Positions 37,745-61,718 of a stretch of DNA of 64,000 bases are shown piece after piece (the stretch's first letter is position 1; each line of letters opens with the position of its first letter). The position numbers and the translations under genes are program-made. Source of the DNA: Antedon mediterranea (taxonomy: Eukaryota; Animalia; Echinodermata); the NCBI RefSeq assembly GCF_964355755.1, contig NC_092680.1:8680001-8744000 (forward strand), written 5' to 3'. The notes below the pieces were generated by a model. The model worked only from the letters and a program-made list of their open reading frames with translations. It ran no database searches and had not been told where the DNA came from.

Positions 37745-38590
37745 TATCTGTGCTTAATTATACTCAAATGACTATAGTTAAAAACAGTAAGTATTAAACG
37801 GCATCGTACATTAATGTTATTTGCTGTTTATTCAAAGTTTATTCTATTCTTTATCACTGTGCTCAAGTATACCAAAATGACTATAGTTGAGAACAGTGGT
37901 AAACAGGATCGTACATTGATGTTATTTGTTGTATATTGTTAAGCTTATCCTGTTCTTTATCACTGTGCTCAAGTATACCAAAATGACTATAGTTGAGAAC
38001 AGTGTTAAACTGGATCGTACATTAATGTTATTTGTTGTATATTGTTAAGTTTATCCTATTCTTTATCACTGTGCTCAAGTATACCAAAATGACTATAGTT
38101 GAGAACAGTGTTAAACTGGATCGTACATAATGCAATGTTGTATTGTTAAGTTTATCCTATTCTTTATCACTGTGCTCAAGTATACCAAAATGACTATAGT
38201 TGAGAACAGTGTTAAACTGGATCGTACATGCAATTTGTTGTATATTGTTAAGTTTATCCTATTCTTTATCACTGTGCTCAAGTATACCAAAATGACTATA
38301 GTTGAGAACAGTGTTAAACTGGATCGTACATTAATGTTATTTGTTGTATATTGTTAGTTTATCCTATTCTTTATCACTGTGCTCAAGTATACCAAAATGA
38401 CTATAGTTGAGAACAGTGTTTACCTGGATCGTACATTATATGTTATTTGTTGTATATTATTAAGTTTATCCTATTCGTTATCACTGTGTTCAAGTATACC
38501 AAAATGACTATAGTTGAGAACAGTGTTAAACTGGATCGTACATTAATGTTATTTGTTGTATATTGTTAAGTTTATTCTATTCTTTATAGT
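37745..38590 (+). repeat. ~106-bp tandem satellite (~8 copies); about 2 inverted copies at 35620-35826
   Basis: Unit CACTGTGCTCAAGTATACCAAAATGACTATAGTTGAGAACAGTGTTAAACTGGATCGTACAT...; unit starts at 37961 and 38067. Confidence 0.93.
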
Positions 38591-39683
38591 ATATTGATGT
38601 TATTGAGTTTATCCTTTGCTTTACTGTGCTTTGATTTGCTGAGCAAGTTTGGTTGCCTGCCCCGCCCCCATATGCTGCCTACTAAATTAGGATGCCCTGG
38701 CTTTTCTATAAAAATTGAAGTACCCACAATGCACGTTATACGGAAGTCATAGTCTTGTGAAATACAGACACAATAGTTTTTATCGTATTGTTTTCATTTA
38801 AATATCAGTAAAATTGTCTTAAACTGTAAATAACTAAAATAAGCGAATGTATGCAAGTGTTCATAAATGTCACTACTGTTTAGTATTAATACAATTTGGA
38901 TTAGAACATTTACCAGAAAGGTAGAAAAAAACAAACCATTGAGAATTCTCAATAGCCAGAATGGTATATGTAATATACGTGGTGGTTTATGATTTTTCGT
39001 GGTGTCCAAAGGTTACGTATGGGACGTATGGTCGGTGGCGCCATTTACACATGGCCCAAAATTAAGCGTGCTCTTTTTTTTCCTCTTCCGTTTACGTGCT
39101 AGCTCATCATGCATTGACTTTCTCATAAAGTCCATTCACATAGCCCAAGAAGAAGCGTGCTCTTTGCCTCCGTTCTCATAAAGTCATGAAAAGCGTTCCA
39201 TAGTTTCTAATCTTGTAGAAATAGACAATTCCATTTTCGTTGGTATCATTTTAAAAAAAATAAAGTATATTTTCTGATTTAATTTGCACAAAATTATAAA
39301 ATATAATATAAAAATTATAAATATAAAGTATACCATCTTTATATATTTATTGTGATTAAAAATACCAAATACATTATTTCACGGTAGATACTATTTATCA
39401 ACTCGAAATTATTATTTACCTGTAGGAATAATGGGAATGTCCATTTTAGGTCGCCCCTGGTTTTTTGTTGTTGGTTCCCTAAGTGCAGTTTGTTTTTGTG
39501 TGTGTGTGCAGCACAATTTAAAACATCGACCCATATCTAGGCCTAGTGTGCTGGAGAATTTTGGATTTCTGTAACAACAGTATATAAATAGGCCTAGGCT
39601 AGGCTTTTGGGCCTAGTTATTACCTTTTCTTCACATATCTCCCGTGCTGGGTACAGTATACTGTATTAAGAAAGAGATACACT

Positions 39684-47585
<7,902 letters not shown>

Positions 47586-50500
47586 ATGTCATTAATCCAA
47601 TAAGTAAAATTTTGATGTATAAATATGGTATTTTTAATCAATAGATATAAATAGTTCATATGTAATTTTCTGATTGCAGGACACAGACACGTTCCTGAGA
47701 AACAATAAATATATGTTTTATAACATTTATTTATTGTAATAATTTTAATTTCATATGTAAAGTTTTACTAGTAATTGTAGTATTTAATAATTATTATGCA
47801 ATGGGGCAATAGTAATTTAATCATAAAAATTATAATATGATTGATTATTTTTAAAATAAATCATTTTATAAAAACAAGAATCATTCTTTTAATAAAGTTA
47901 AAAATCAAATAATTGTCTGTCATTTATATATAAATCACAATCAACTAAAATATTCTATAACAAAGTTGAACTCATAATGAACACAACAGAATATTAAATT
48001 CTGTACAAATGCATTTATTCATGATTGTATTTTTGTATTTTTTTATTTTGGTTTAAGAAGACACCTTAAAATGTACATACAATCATTGCCAACATTATAA
48101 CGCATTATTGTGCAATATTCAGATTGACTATATAACATGGGCCAACCTTTAATGAGGCTAGTCAGGAAGAAACATTTTTACTCAATTATTTTAATTTGTA
48201 TACATACATTTGTTATGTAATAATTTAAATAAAATCTAAACCAGACCTATTTACACTGAGCCCAAATACCCCTTCCACATTGTCTGGTGTGTGTAAATAG
48301 AGTTCTGCTGGGCAATGTGAAAGAGGTATCCTTAAACACTATACCCATTTTATTTATCCAGCCCTTGATCTAGGCTCTGTGTGAATGTAACTAACTTTAG
48401 TATATTACATACATACAACCATAGTTTATATTTAACAAAACAGCATTTCAGAATGAAAATGTCAAGATCATAGAAGTTACTTATCAATGTTAATCTTTAA
48501 ATAAATATGTATTCTACTAAATGATTATTACTTGAAATGAATAGGTCACTCTTGTGCCTCCTGGAGTCAGCTGAAATATTTAAAAAACACCTCAATCAAA
48601 ATAGAGCAATTAAATGAAGTTTATTAATATAGAACAATTTTAGTACAACTATACAAACAGTATTAGAACAAATAAATTGCACAGATAGTAACAAAAGAAA
48701 AAATCTATAAAACAAAATTACACATGTAATAAAAGAATTCTTTAGCTTAAGCATTTTAAGCATAAAACATATTTTCTAAACTATTATCTATTTTATTAAA
48801 TTACAAAGAAATTTCTTTTACACTTTATAATGATATACTGTATAATATTTTGTAAAATTGAACAAAAACACAAATAACTTTGAAAGTAACATTACAATAC
48901 TATATTTTGTTCATACAAGCTTTAAACAAATGGATTAATTATACATGACCGATGCGCTCTTAGGTTAAATCCTATGAAATTCATATGAAAACAAAGATAT
49001 TGTTTATTTCCCCACAAAGTCAAGAAATAATAATAATTACAATTCTATCAAAATAAAATTAATAATTAACTCAGACAGTATTAAACAAAAGCGAAAGGTT
49101 TGAGTAATTTGCAGCAAATATACAAGGACTGTAATGTAATTGTATATTTTTTTTAAATCATAAATATGCTTTTTCATTTCTGTTATATTACATGATATAA
49201 ACATAATTTTCGTCCAGTTATAACAATCAGTTAGAAACAGTTGTTTTTGTTATTATACCACAAATACTTATTACAAGTATTATTAAAGAAAAATAATATT
49301 AAAAGTAGTAACTACTCATGAATGAAGCACCCAGATGATAAAAGAACAGAAGCACCAATAACATAAATAAAAATAGTAAATACAAATTGCCATAATGAAA
49401 AAGCACAATTTGGAATGACTTAGAACTAATGGAAAATAAAATAAACTGTACTAAAAAGTTATTTCCTACTTTAAGAGTACAGTTGACTGTCTCAATACTG
49501 GACTCTCTGAAAATCAGTAACTACCAAAAGATGCAATTATTTATTACCATTCAAAACACATTTTGAATAATACCATTTCTGGAAAACTCAGATACGCGGC
49601 CAGGGCGTACACCACTGAGAGAATTGAATGTACTAATCAAGAAAAAGAAACTAATCAACTCTTCCAATATTAGACATCTACAAAAGTGACATCAGATTTT
49701 TGTCTAACCTTTAGTTTTGGTTCAGTGGAACATGTTCTTAAATTTACAAAAGAAAAGGAAAGAAAACAACAAACTTAAAAATATATAGTACTACACTGAC
49801 ACATTTTGTATTGGGTTACTTTTAGAAATATTAAGTGAATATTAATACATTTTGTATTGAGTTGTGAAAATTAAAATAAATAAGCAACACATTCCAACAA
49901 GCATTGCAACACATAAAAAATCTGTAAAATTGAAAATGCATTACACCACTTATTTATGGGTATTAAACCAACAAAAATCAGTACAAGCATTCCATAGTTC
50001 AGATCATGTGACACTTTGTGTTATACATAAGCAACCTCTACATTTATAAAGAGTCGATTCCCATATCCATGCTACCGTCAAATTGAGTATAAACAACAAA
50101 TAATGTAATTATACATTTTTTTTAATGCTTGATTTATTCGTTGCTCTGTATTTGACACAACATGCGTCAAATTAGTATATAAACTGGTGCAATGTATTTG
50201 GTATTATATTATCCCTGGCCAGTCTCTTTAAAATAGCATGAATACTTACAATTTAAATTTCATACACTTAAAAATTACAAAACTTAAATATTAAAAATAG
50301 ATTTGGAACTTATTCATACATCAAAACAGATGATCCAATAGCATGTTTTGTCTTTATCCAATCTTAATATTTACAGTATTGAATACAGTACATAATATGG
50401 AAAAATTATAACTGCTGCCCTCTATTGGCAAAAACAAACATACCAAAGCACTGCCCTCAACGAAAATGATGAAAGAATAATTATTTTGCGACCATATTAT

Positions 50501-51628
50501 ATTTAACATTTAAATTCAAACAAAAAGTAATACATGCAATATATTTTTGGTTTTTCTTATTATGGATAAACTATTTAGATTGTAAATAAACATTTATTTA
50601 TTTACTCCAGTAATTTACAGACTCAATGATTCAAAGGATATCTAAAAGTCACATAAAATCATGAAAGTCAAAAATGCCAAATAATTTAATTATTTAAGTT
50701 AACTTTTTAATTCAAGACGCTACAAATAATACATCCAATATTTTAGGCCCATATATTTGTCATTATTTACACGATGTGACCTAATTAAGGAAGCACAGAA
50801 AATTCAATTTGTAATAAGCTATGCTCTTAATACTTTCATTCTTATACATGACCAGACATTCAATGGTTTCATTGAGTAATTACACAGGTAATCACATTAT
50901 TCAGGAGATATTTGTTATTTATTATGATTAATCTAATCTGAAACTTTAATTTCTATAAATGTAGTCATTTATTCATACAATAGATGTCTGGCTGTGAAAT
51001 AAAGGGCTACACAATTTTTATATATCTACACACGTTTCTGTACTGCTTACTGAGTGGATATTAATATACAAAACATAATAGATTTGATTTGAAATGGAGT
51101 TACTAAAACCTTGTACAATAAAGGGATTGGTCTATAGCAACATCGTCTAGAAATTACAATGCATTATCATAATAAACACCACCCAAGTTTTTTGTTGCTA
51201 TGGTATCTTCAATTGACAACACTGTCAAAAAAAAACTGCAAGTTTAACTGGTCTGTCTGACTAAAGAAGCTTAAATCCTGACTCGGTCAATAGGTGTCTC
51301 TTGATTGTACATATTTCCTTTAAAAATAGCCCTCTGCAAAAATCACATTTTGATTGAAAACAAGGCTCCCATCAAAGTCTTTGATGCTAAATTTCTAAGA
51401 AATCTCTAGAAATAGCAGTGGACATCATAAACTTGCTAAAGAAGCTTAAGCTATTTCAGGACATGAGGTCAGAAGCACCTGTCACGGCTGTAAAAGTCTC
51501 AGAAGGAAGGCACCTATTCCTGATGCTGCCTTAGTTGTCATCAGACATCAAGGAGTATGTTTCTTGTATTTGATACTAACTGTCGATGACTACAGTATTA
51601 AGGAGGCGGCATCTTTATCAATAGCACT

Positions 51629-54600
51629 TCAGAGCAGGTTGTCATGAACAGAATACAGTAGCATCATGTGCTCTGCACCTTTGATATTTAGTTTATGTAA
51701 GGAATAATAACTGATAACACTTGGAATTGATTTAAATGGTTTGCTAAATTCTCCCAATATATATCCTTCTTGGTGAAGCACTATCTTCATATGCATATAA
51801 CCTTTGGCACTCCTGCAATAAACAAAAAGGACATATTTAAATTTTTTTTAAAAAATTCAACTTTTTATAAAGTCATTATCAATACAAATTAAAATAGTAC
51901 CCCTTTTAAGGGGACATCTTTGAGACCCAACAAACCGTCTCCTGATCATGGGTTGTATATGTATATGAGATGCCATGTTCTTTTTAATGGTGTGTCTTCA
52001 TAACAGGGATTTCTCCTGATAGGAGTGTCCCTTGAATAAGTGTGTACAAAGGATTTATATATCACATTAAATTAAACAAAAAATCAAAGACTATTTGTCT
52101 ATCATGATACATAATTTTGTTGTTTTTCCAAGAATCTACTATTATATACAAGGACATTTTGTAATTACTTGCTCTACATGTAAAACGAGATTGGATTTAT
52201 GTCAAAATGGCTTATAAACAAAGCCATGCTTAATGTTTTGTTGAAATTACTGTACAATATCACAAGTAGTGATTGATAGAATTGTAAAATAACTAATATG
52301 AAGCAAAATCTGTACATTCCTTTATGACATTCATGGGATTGTGTCTTACTGTTCATGGTAATGTGAGCATTTATTATAAAAGGCGAACAATTTTGATATG
52401 TATACATTTTGTAGCATGTTATTATTTTTTTTTAAATCTAGTGTGGGCGTCAAAATCCCCAAAAAGCCACAATAAACAATTTATTTCGCATTTGTACTTC
52501 TTATTGGTAATATTACAAATGGAAAGCAAAATCATTTTTAAGATTCTAATATATTTGCAAATATTCATAGTAAATTTTAAATCGATCAATTTAATTTTGA
52601 AGGACTGTTACTACAGAATCAAACTTCTTCCTGTTTATTCAACTTTAATTTTCAATTATTGTCATTTATCATAGCTTAAAAATGAATATCATGTAAAGCA
52701 TGTCACTAAGGCTATAAATGTCAAACAAATAATCTTTAAGTTGAAATTGGTTATAGTATGATTCCTGAGTATTGGAAAGGTACAACAGGAAAGAATTAAA
52801 GAGATAAAGGGATAAATTCCAGCAGGTTTTGCCAGCAAGATTGACCAGTATAAATTGGCTACAAGACTGGTATTAAAATGGCGTAAAAAAATACAAAACA
52901 CTTGTCTAGTAGTGGTAGGAAGGCCTAGCAATTAAAACATATTTTGTTGATTGAATCGATTAAGTACAACAATATATTTGACTTTGTACTTAGATTTGAT
53001 ACCTTATAAACTTATTTGAATTTCTCATGATGTTGGTTCAGTAATATTAGGCCTGGCAAATTTATTTCAATATTTTTCATAGCAGCAGTCAGGGATGGAT
53101 TCATAGTGCATTGGCAATTTACCAGTGTACATGACTCAGCTGCCAGCATATCTCTTGGATTGCAACCAACATGTGCTGAGACATAACAAAGGTAATGAAA
53201 CGCATGGGATACAAAACATATTATTTAACGAGAGTTGGCATCAAGAATATTGTATCTGTACTATTAATTTCAATGAATTTACTACATTGGCAAAGTTCTT
53301 ATTTGTAATTCTTTGTTTCTTTTCATTTTAATTGTGTGTAAATCAGGACAAATAATTCCTGAACTGAAGATTGATAGTGATAAACATATAGCATAGAATA
53401 TTAAATAATATAGAAATATGGTCAAAGAGATTATGGCTATGGGTTGTGCAATTCTCTCAAACAACCGCTCAGCCACTTGATTGAGCATAAACATAAACTC
53501 ACTTTAGTGACAATGAGAAATCCTTTGCACTGCTTTCACTCTGGCGTACTAAATAGCTTCCCTCACGACATGACTTTAATTTCTTTTCTGCATCGCATCT
53601 AGATAGTTTACCGTGGTACCATCTATGAAGAACGAAAAAAAACAAGTTATTTTTTTAAAAGCAAGTTAAGGTTATAACAAAGGCACACATTATACCAACC
53701 CAACATAGTTAACAGACTTTGTTGCATTATTGGCAAAATTATAGAAGTACAGTATAACATTATATGTAGTATTGAGCAATTCACACATGTACACCAGTCG
53801 TTGAAAAATAATAATGAGATGTTTGCACACCGAATGGGTACATTAGCTGTTAGGAACAATCCAAATAACAGCTGTACTTATTTCTGTGTGATATTATCTA
53901 TCTGGTTATCTACACAGCTAAACCATTTCAGAAATAATATTATATTGAAAACTAATGTCTGTTGAATATTGAAGTAAGCTTCACATGATAATTGGGAATG
54001 TTTTACTAAAGTTTTTCTACTGATTTTGTTTTGTTATTTCATTGGTATGTTTTGTTGTAATTTCATTGTTGTGATTTGTTCATTTAAGATCTGGAAGTAA
54101 TACAATGCAAAAGAAATTCTCAAAATAATAAATGAGAATAACGATATAGCAGAAAGGTCAATCTTTTTAATATTTTTTCCTATAGTAATATTAGTTTATG
54201 GATAATAAACACTAACTATTGTTCATAATACTATAAAATTCAAATATAACTTTTGAAATTCAAAACATTTGAATTAGAGACCACTTGATTGTTTTAGACT
54301 TCCTTAACCAGTTGTCCACTTCCTTGATATTTTATATTAAGTGCGTAGGCGATTTCCTAAATGACAAATCTATTACTTTCATTATTATAGTTTACACAAT
54401 TTAAATATGAAAAACATAATCCTCTTTTTGTTATAATTATAGAAACATAATTAATGTTCTATAGGAACATAGCATTTATGCAAACTACTTCCCTGTTCTA
54501 AAGTAATGTACACACATTAAAATGTATTACCATCAATTAGCACTGCACCAAATTATCTCAGTGTCAATTAATGAACACTAATAACCAAGGTAGTAACAAA

Positions 54601-57600
54601 TAACAACCACATCTTTTAATTGAAGATTCTCAGACCAAACCTACTTTACTCAAATAGGTTAAATAAAACTAGAGTCAAAACTACAATATCACAGCTTAAA
54701 AAGTGATCACCTATGGGGCCGAACCATACAATATTGTTACATCAATCGGCAAAACATATATGCACCTTTGTGACTGTGTTGTAGAATGTTGGGAGTAATT
54801 CTTATAGTATAGACCTGGTATGCAACTATAGATTCAATTCAATGTTTATGCTTAAGTAGTTATATATAATATCTGTCCTAATAACATAAAAGGCCTTTAT
54901 CTTTAATATATCATCTAGAGACACAAAAGGAAATAGTGTTGTATAAAAACAAGTATGAAATCTGAAATAGATATTAGCAAGCTGTAATTGAAGGAGCTAG
55001 GGAAGGAAATCAAGTGCTGTTAGACAATTCTACCCATTCCATATGGACTCGGTTCAACTACTCAATTAGACATTCCTCCTGCTTTGATATTTCCTTAAGT
55101 TCAATTTAGTAAGTTTAAGCTCTGGTTAATGTTTATTTAGAAATTGATATCAAGATACAAAATACAAATTTTAAGACTACAACCAAACCTTTTTTAGGAG
55201 ACACCTCTATTAGGGAGACATTTCTTGGGGTATTAGTTCAGATAGAATAAATGCATGTAGATTTAAATGTTGACATAATTTCAACAAAGATCTGAATATT
55301 CGATACAAGAAACTACCATAATTGAAAGAATTTGAGAAAAGACCATTTTTTTGCATTTTCCTATCGTAAATAAAACAGGGTTTTTTTTATGGGATGGGAT
55401 ATCAGTTCAAAATATGGTTGTGTAGACAAAAATATTTAAAATTGGCCAATATATGAATGATACAGTGTTGTATTAAATTAATAAATATAGTCTTATATGG
55501 GAAAAGAGGCATATAGTACATGTATGTGTACAAAAGCCCTAAACTATTATTACTACCATCATTATTATTGCCACAAACACATGTCAAAGCTGCAAGCAAC
55601 ATAAACATGCTATAAACCCATAAATTACTTATATAATCTCAAATGTTATCCTATGTTATTGCATGAAGTTTAACATAACACTAATGTTGAACTGGTACCA
55701 AACAGTAGCAAGGCACATTTTCACATCTAGTAATATGAACATTTGAAATTTAGCTAATGGATCCAAACACTACACCCACAAATGAGTTCAAAGTTCAAAG
55801 TATTACTAGTTTTTGTCATCATTTTAAATGATTTTCCCTCTTTCTATGATGTTTTAGTTTACAGTAAATCTTACATATATATTTTTTGTACATGTAGTCA
55901 TAAGGGTAAAATAAATAAGATACAGAGTCAATGTGGTCTATATAATAGCCATCCTAGAAATGCTAAACATAATAAGAACAATTACGTTGTGTTGCTTTGT
56001 GGTGGCCTTTAGATATAATTAAATAAATTGCACTCGATTAAAAAACACAGATATTATCGACAACATGGGAAACCATATGTGTCGTTTAAAGAGTGACATT
56101 AGGGAGCTTACGATTTGTGACGACCTAGCAACAAGTTAGGTCATGAGCGCCACATGGGTGGAGGATACCGGCGCTATATAAGTTTTCATTTATTATTATT
56201 ATTATTATTATGTCAATCAATGTGTTGTCAGTCATTGCCTAGAAACCCTCAAAACTGTGTTGAGTTGGGGAGTCAGGAAGCATGTCCCCAACTTCCTCAC
56301 ATGCGAATGATTGGTTGTCTCAATCACAAGCTTTCTTATAAGAATAATAAGCATCATTGAATGAAGTGAAATAACAGAAGAATATGTAATTTAATGAATA
56401 TAATATACCCTTGCTCTTGTAGTGGTTTATTTGGATCCACAAATTCTCCTACTGGGTCTGGCTTGGTTCTCATAATTTCTAAATGTAAATTATTCGACGT
56501 TGGTTTATTGGAACAGCTACTGCTACGGCTCATTTGGCTGTGTTCTCTATTGCCTCCTAAAGGAAGAATTTCAAGTTATATGAAATATTTTTAGAAAAAT
56601 TTCTTTATTTGCACACTCAGTTGTGTTATACTGTAACAAATTATTATACTTCGGAAAACCAATAGAAAATAAAAACTATTTATCTTAAAAATATTGGGAA
56701 TACTGCACATACCTTGTGCAGCACGATTCTTCTTCCATTCCCACGGCTCATCATATTCAGTTTGAGGTCGATTATCTGTTTCTGGTGTCGGTCTTACTCC
56801 ATGATTAAGACCGGCCACATCTGACCTACTCCTAGACCTTGGAATACTTATTTCTACATTCGGTGAGGTAGCTTCTTCTTTGGCCTTGGCACTACGCCTC
56901 ATCTGCCATTCCCACGGCTCATCGTACTCGGCTCTTGGCCTCGTATCCGATTCAGGTGTTGATTTAAGACGACTTCTATCTTCAGATCGAATCGTGGGAG
57001 CATTGTAAGCTGTGCTGGTAGGAACTGAGTGTGTTGGTGGTGTATTGTTATTTTTTAAAGGAGTTGGTTCGGTAACTCTTGGTGATAACCGTCCATTTTC
57101 TAATGTTAATCCATTGTGATGTGTTTTTACTTCACCCATTGGTGTAACCATGTTTTCAGGATGCTCATGTGCCAGTTTTGATTTACCATGGAAACTAAGT
57201 CGTGCATTCGGTGCAACAGCTCCATTACTAACCCTACCACCAGCCCCAGTTCTTCCTCCTGCTGCACCTACAAAAAGCATATAATCTATATTATGCCACA
57301 CATATTAACGCAACCAACTAAGGATAAATATACAACATTTCTGAGTAATGTTCTACAAGTTTTATTGCTTGTAATGCAATCTGATCACATTTATTGATTT
57401 CTACATTAATGATGTATAGTAATGAGCTACAGTAATGGATAAATACTCCAGAATTGCATAAAGTACCGGGCAATGTACTTTCTATTCCATACTCAACAAA
57501 TGTGTCTTATTTTCCCTAATGCTATACACCAGTGTCACGAACGAAGGTGTCTATTTAACATGGGTTCTACAAATAGTAATACTATACTCTATTAACTGCT

Positions 57601-57784
57601 TACCTTTCTCAACTCTTTTACTATAAGGTTCATATGGTACAGAGTAATCATCCTCAGGGGGTTGTGCTACTGGGGTTGGAGGTTGCTCAAACTTATTATC
57701 TTGTGGTAAGCTGTAACAATTCTCCTGTTCCAAGGCTTTGCGAATATCTTTGGGGTCACTGTAATCATCCAGTACTACGGTTGC
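51629..57784 (-). CDS. SH2 domain-containing adaptor of the SHB/SHD/SHE/SHF family, 3' part; 5' exon(s) not found in the window
   Basis: Exons 57784-57604, 57267-56713, 56556-56409, 53622-53503, 51812-51629 (stop). Motifs DDYSDP, DDYSVPYE, two YDEPWEW, GEFVDPNKPLQEQGWYHGKLSR..EGSYLVRQSES, GYMHMKI..YILG..IKGAEHMMLLY. Confidence 0.92.
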
Positions 57785-58222
57785 CTGAAGACAAAATATT
57801 TAACATTTAAACATTTATGGTAAAAAATCACGACATAAAATTAATCCTGAATCAAATAAAGTAGAAACTCTCTATCTTTAATTAATTAAGTAACTATTTT
57901 ACTGTGTACATTTATTATTTCAGCATTGTTTCTCTCTCTGTACTGTAAATACAAAAGTATGCATACTACATCATCATCAGTTTATTTCCTTACATAATAA
58001 CAAAATTTGTGTACAAAATATTGAATCTTTACTAGGACATGCATTTAATTGCTCGGTGTAGTCTTCATTTTTAACCCGACGTTGATTAATGAACCTTTTG
58101 GTTTTTATACAAATAATGATGTTTATACATATTTGTATAACATATTGAAAACAAGAAAAAAACAATAGTGATAATCATAAAAAGACAGAAAAAAATATAT
58201 CACTAATAACAGTGTAGTCTAT

Positions 58223-59144
58223 GGGCCTGTTTCTGCTGAGCAGAAATAATCGATTATTTAACCGTTTATTTTTTTAATCGATTATTTTTGGCCAGCAGAA
58301 ACGGCGCAAAATAAAATAACCGATTAAAAATAACCGATTAAAAACACTCAATCCATTGCGTGTTTTAATCGATTATTTCTTGTTTTAACCGATTATTGCG
58401 GAGCAGTTTTGAGCTGCAACGCAAATAGCGATTATTGACCTCACTTTGACCTCTAGAGTATGACAAACTTATTCACGTCACAAAGCATGCTGTTTATTTG
58501 CGCGATATCGACGACGATCAGCAAAACCACGATCGCGATGTAGACCGAATAACAATCAAATGTTAAACATTTGATTTTTATTATTTTGTGGGGAAGAATT
58601 ATACCGAGAGACTCCAGGATGATCCCAGGATTCTGTGTTACAAGTACACCCGTTACATACCACCACCAGTCCAGGCTAACGATGTTTTACATGTCATTTT
58701 TTAGGCCTGTTGTCTGTTGACTTGTTTCGGTAGAAATATATAGCATAGCCTAGGCCTAGCAGGCCGAAGGTAGAACCAACGAACGGCGAAACGAACTTTT
58801 TTCGCCGACGTGTCCTTATTAATATAACATCATTATTCTGTTGTATGTGGTACGGTATTAGGCCGAGATGTTTATTTTACAAATAATATAGCTTTACGTA
58901 AGAGTAATTTTTAATCCTACATGTGAGAGTTTTAGGCAGCGATAGGATGTAAACAAACCAACTCTCATTGGCCTTTCATAACTTGAACTGCGCTGTGGGA
59001 GAATGATGACGTGATTTTAAAAACCGATTAGCTGAATAACCGATTAAAGTCGTAGCAATTTTCAATTGCAACGCGATTATTTTTGTGGTTTGCGGTGACT
59101 GGAAAAAAATCGATTATTTTCATTTTTTCAGCAGAAACAGACCC
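58223..59144. mobile_element. PIF/Harbinger-like MITE
   Basis: GGGCCTGTTTCTGCTGA...TCAGCAGAAACAGACCC, 3-bp TSD TAT, AAYCGATTA sub-terminal repeats. Confidence 0.8.
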
Positions 59145-61718
59145 TATAATACAAACAGTGTAATCAAATGATTACATCAAAATAATAACAAAGATCTTGA
59201 AAATATTAAAGATCATCTTTGGCAGGTCATGCCCTTAATTTTATGTCTGGCATTGACTCTGCCAACTGGTCTAACAAATGCATTAAATCAACAATTCACT
59301 AGGCATCTGTGATGCTGATTTATGACAACTTTCCATTCCTCCTCAATGTAGTCATATCTATTTATAGTAACACTGTATTGTAGATATTATCACAATCCAC
59401 ATGTATTACTTTCAAAGACAAAAAGTCTTGGTCCAGATCAAGGGTATTTGCTATAATTAGCTAGGCACGATATAGACTGAATTGTATAAAGACCCTGTCT
59501 ACTGTAATTGTGTCATAGGTCGTTGAACACCTTTAAAAAATGCTTTTTGTAGGTAATAATATTGTGCCAAAACTACAAATAGTACCAGCAGTAGCTCAAA
59601 AACATCCCTGGTTACCAAAAAGTCACAACATTTTTAATCACTAAATAAATTAAAACATTTGTAGTTTCCTAATTTCTTGCTAAATGGTAACATTCATAAT
59701 ATCAACTTAATATTTATATCATTATCATAGATGGATGGATGGCTCATTACATTTGTTTGTGAAAACTAATATAATAAGTTAGGTAAACTTGTTGATTATG
59801 CAATACCTACTGTAGTAATAATAGATTTAAACATTTGAATTTAAACAACAAATGATTCATAATACGATACTGTAGAGTAAGATGTGATTTTTTGGCAATA
59901 TTCACCAATACTGTAGGTTAAAGCAACAATTATAACAATGTAAACCTTCCATTAATAAAATAACAATGGTATTTATTAGTCAATGTAATTATTAGTGTAC
60001 AGTACATACAGCATAGAAACTGTGATGTTAGTCTTCAGCAACAGTGTGATGTATATTTGACAAGAATCTCAACACTGATGGATTTGTACAGATCAGGATA
60101 TGAATTAACAACAACAAAGAATTCCAAGGTCTAGTTCCAAATAATACTAAGATTTAAAGTAATATTTCAAGAATTTAATACCATTTCATTGCCAAAAAGC
60201 TGAGCAATATAAATAAATCCTTCCTTTTTTTGTACATCAATTTAAAAGAAAGGATGCCGCAACAAATGTAAGGAATGGATATTAAAATGAAGTGATAATT
60301 CGTATTGCGTACAGTTATTATTCCATAGTATTAGTGACATTTTTAAACAATACATTTTTTTTGTTCTTTTTTTTCTACAGAACATGGAAGTGAAACGGAA
60401 TTTTAAAAGTCTGATCTTAATGATCCTAATTTTTCGTATTTTTGTGGGACAATACGTTGATGCTTGGTGAAATTAATGCTGGCGAATTAGAAAAGAAAAC
60501 TTATATATTGTACATTGAAATCAATTTTGTTATACGAAAGGTGTAAATAAATGTTGAATTGAATTGAATATTTCCCATCACAACTACATCCATACAGTAT
60601 TTTAACACATTCTTTAATTTGATTATTCAGTCTGTATTTTAAATTTTAAAATAATAGAATAGTTTATACCATATTAATATTGATCATGACTCTGTATGAG
60701 TCAGTTGTTTTCATGACAATGGTCATTTTGCTTTGTGTAAAAGGACAAGGGTTGGACATTCTAAAGACAGGAACCTTGTATTGTAACCTACTTAATAAGA
60801 AATGACCAACTAAAATCAGGCCAACAGTTGCAAGTGATAGTTTGGTAATAATCTTTAAAATAGATTATTACAGTATATATTATTTATGATTGTTTTACAT
60901 TGAATCTTGGTAGATTTCCAAAGAATGGTATAAACAATAATACTTTATTAAACTTAAGACATTTGTTTGTAGATCATTCACAAATGTGCGGCCTTGACTA
61001 TTAAGTATTATACAGTAGTTCAAGTATTAGGCATACAACAAGTATACATGATGATTTTTTTTCCATTAAAAACTAAAACATTTTATTAGTTTCTGAATAA
61101 AATCATGTGATGATTTTTAAAGGGTTTCATTGTTAGCTAATGACTTTCACTGATTTGATATGTGCAGCTGTATCAGTAATAAATGACCCAACTATGAAAC
61201 CATACATAATTGTTATGATACTGACTGTACAATTGAATTATGACATAATGAGCTAAATTGATTAAAATCTATAAATTACAGAGCGATTTAGTGCATTACT
61301 TTAAAAGGAATTGTTAGAAGCAATTGTTCTGACCGCAATAAATGGAAATGGAAAATGTTTTACATACAATCTATGGTAAAACTACATAACTTGTTATTAA
61401 TATATAACTCTAAGCCACAACAGGAAATAACATTTTACTACAACATACAGTACCTATACATAATGTAGTTTATTACCTTAATAATATTTAGTTGTTTTTT
61501 ATGGCTATATATTATTAATAACTTCATTAATCTTACTTTGAACAGATGACAGGTTGCAATGTATTTTATGATAATAATATTAAGGATTAATTAAATAATA
61601 ATACCACAACATTCACATTATATTATTACTAGCTTGTTTACCATAATGTTACAAAATATCAATCAACAATTGATAAAATAAACATAAATACTGTAATTAT
61701 TACTCAACTAGGAATCTA

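Noticed and set aside
47600-51600. Additional gene between TM6SF1 and the SH2 adaptor
   Set aside because: AT-rich with no exon-like frames; most likely 3' UTR sequence.
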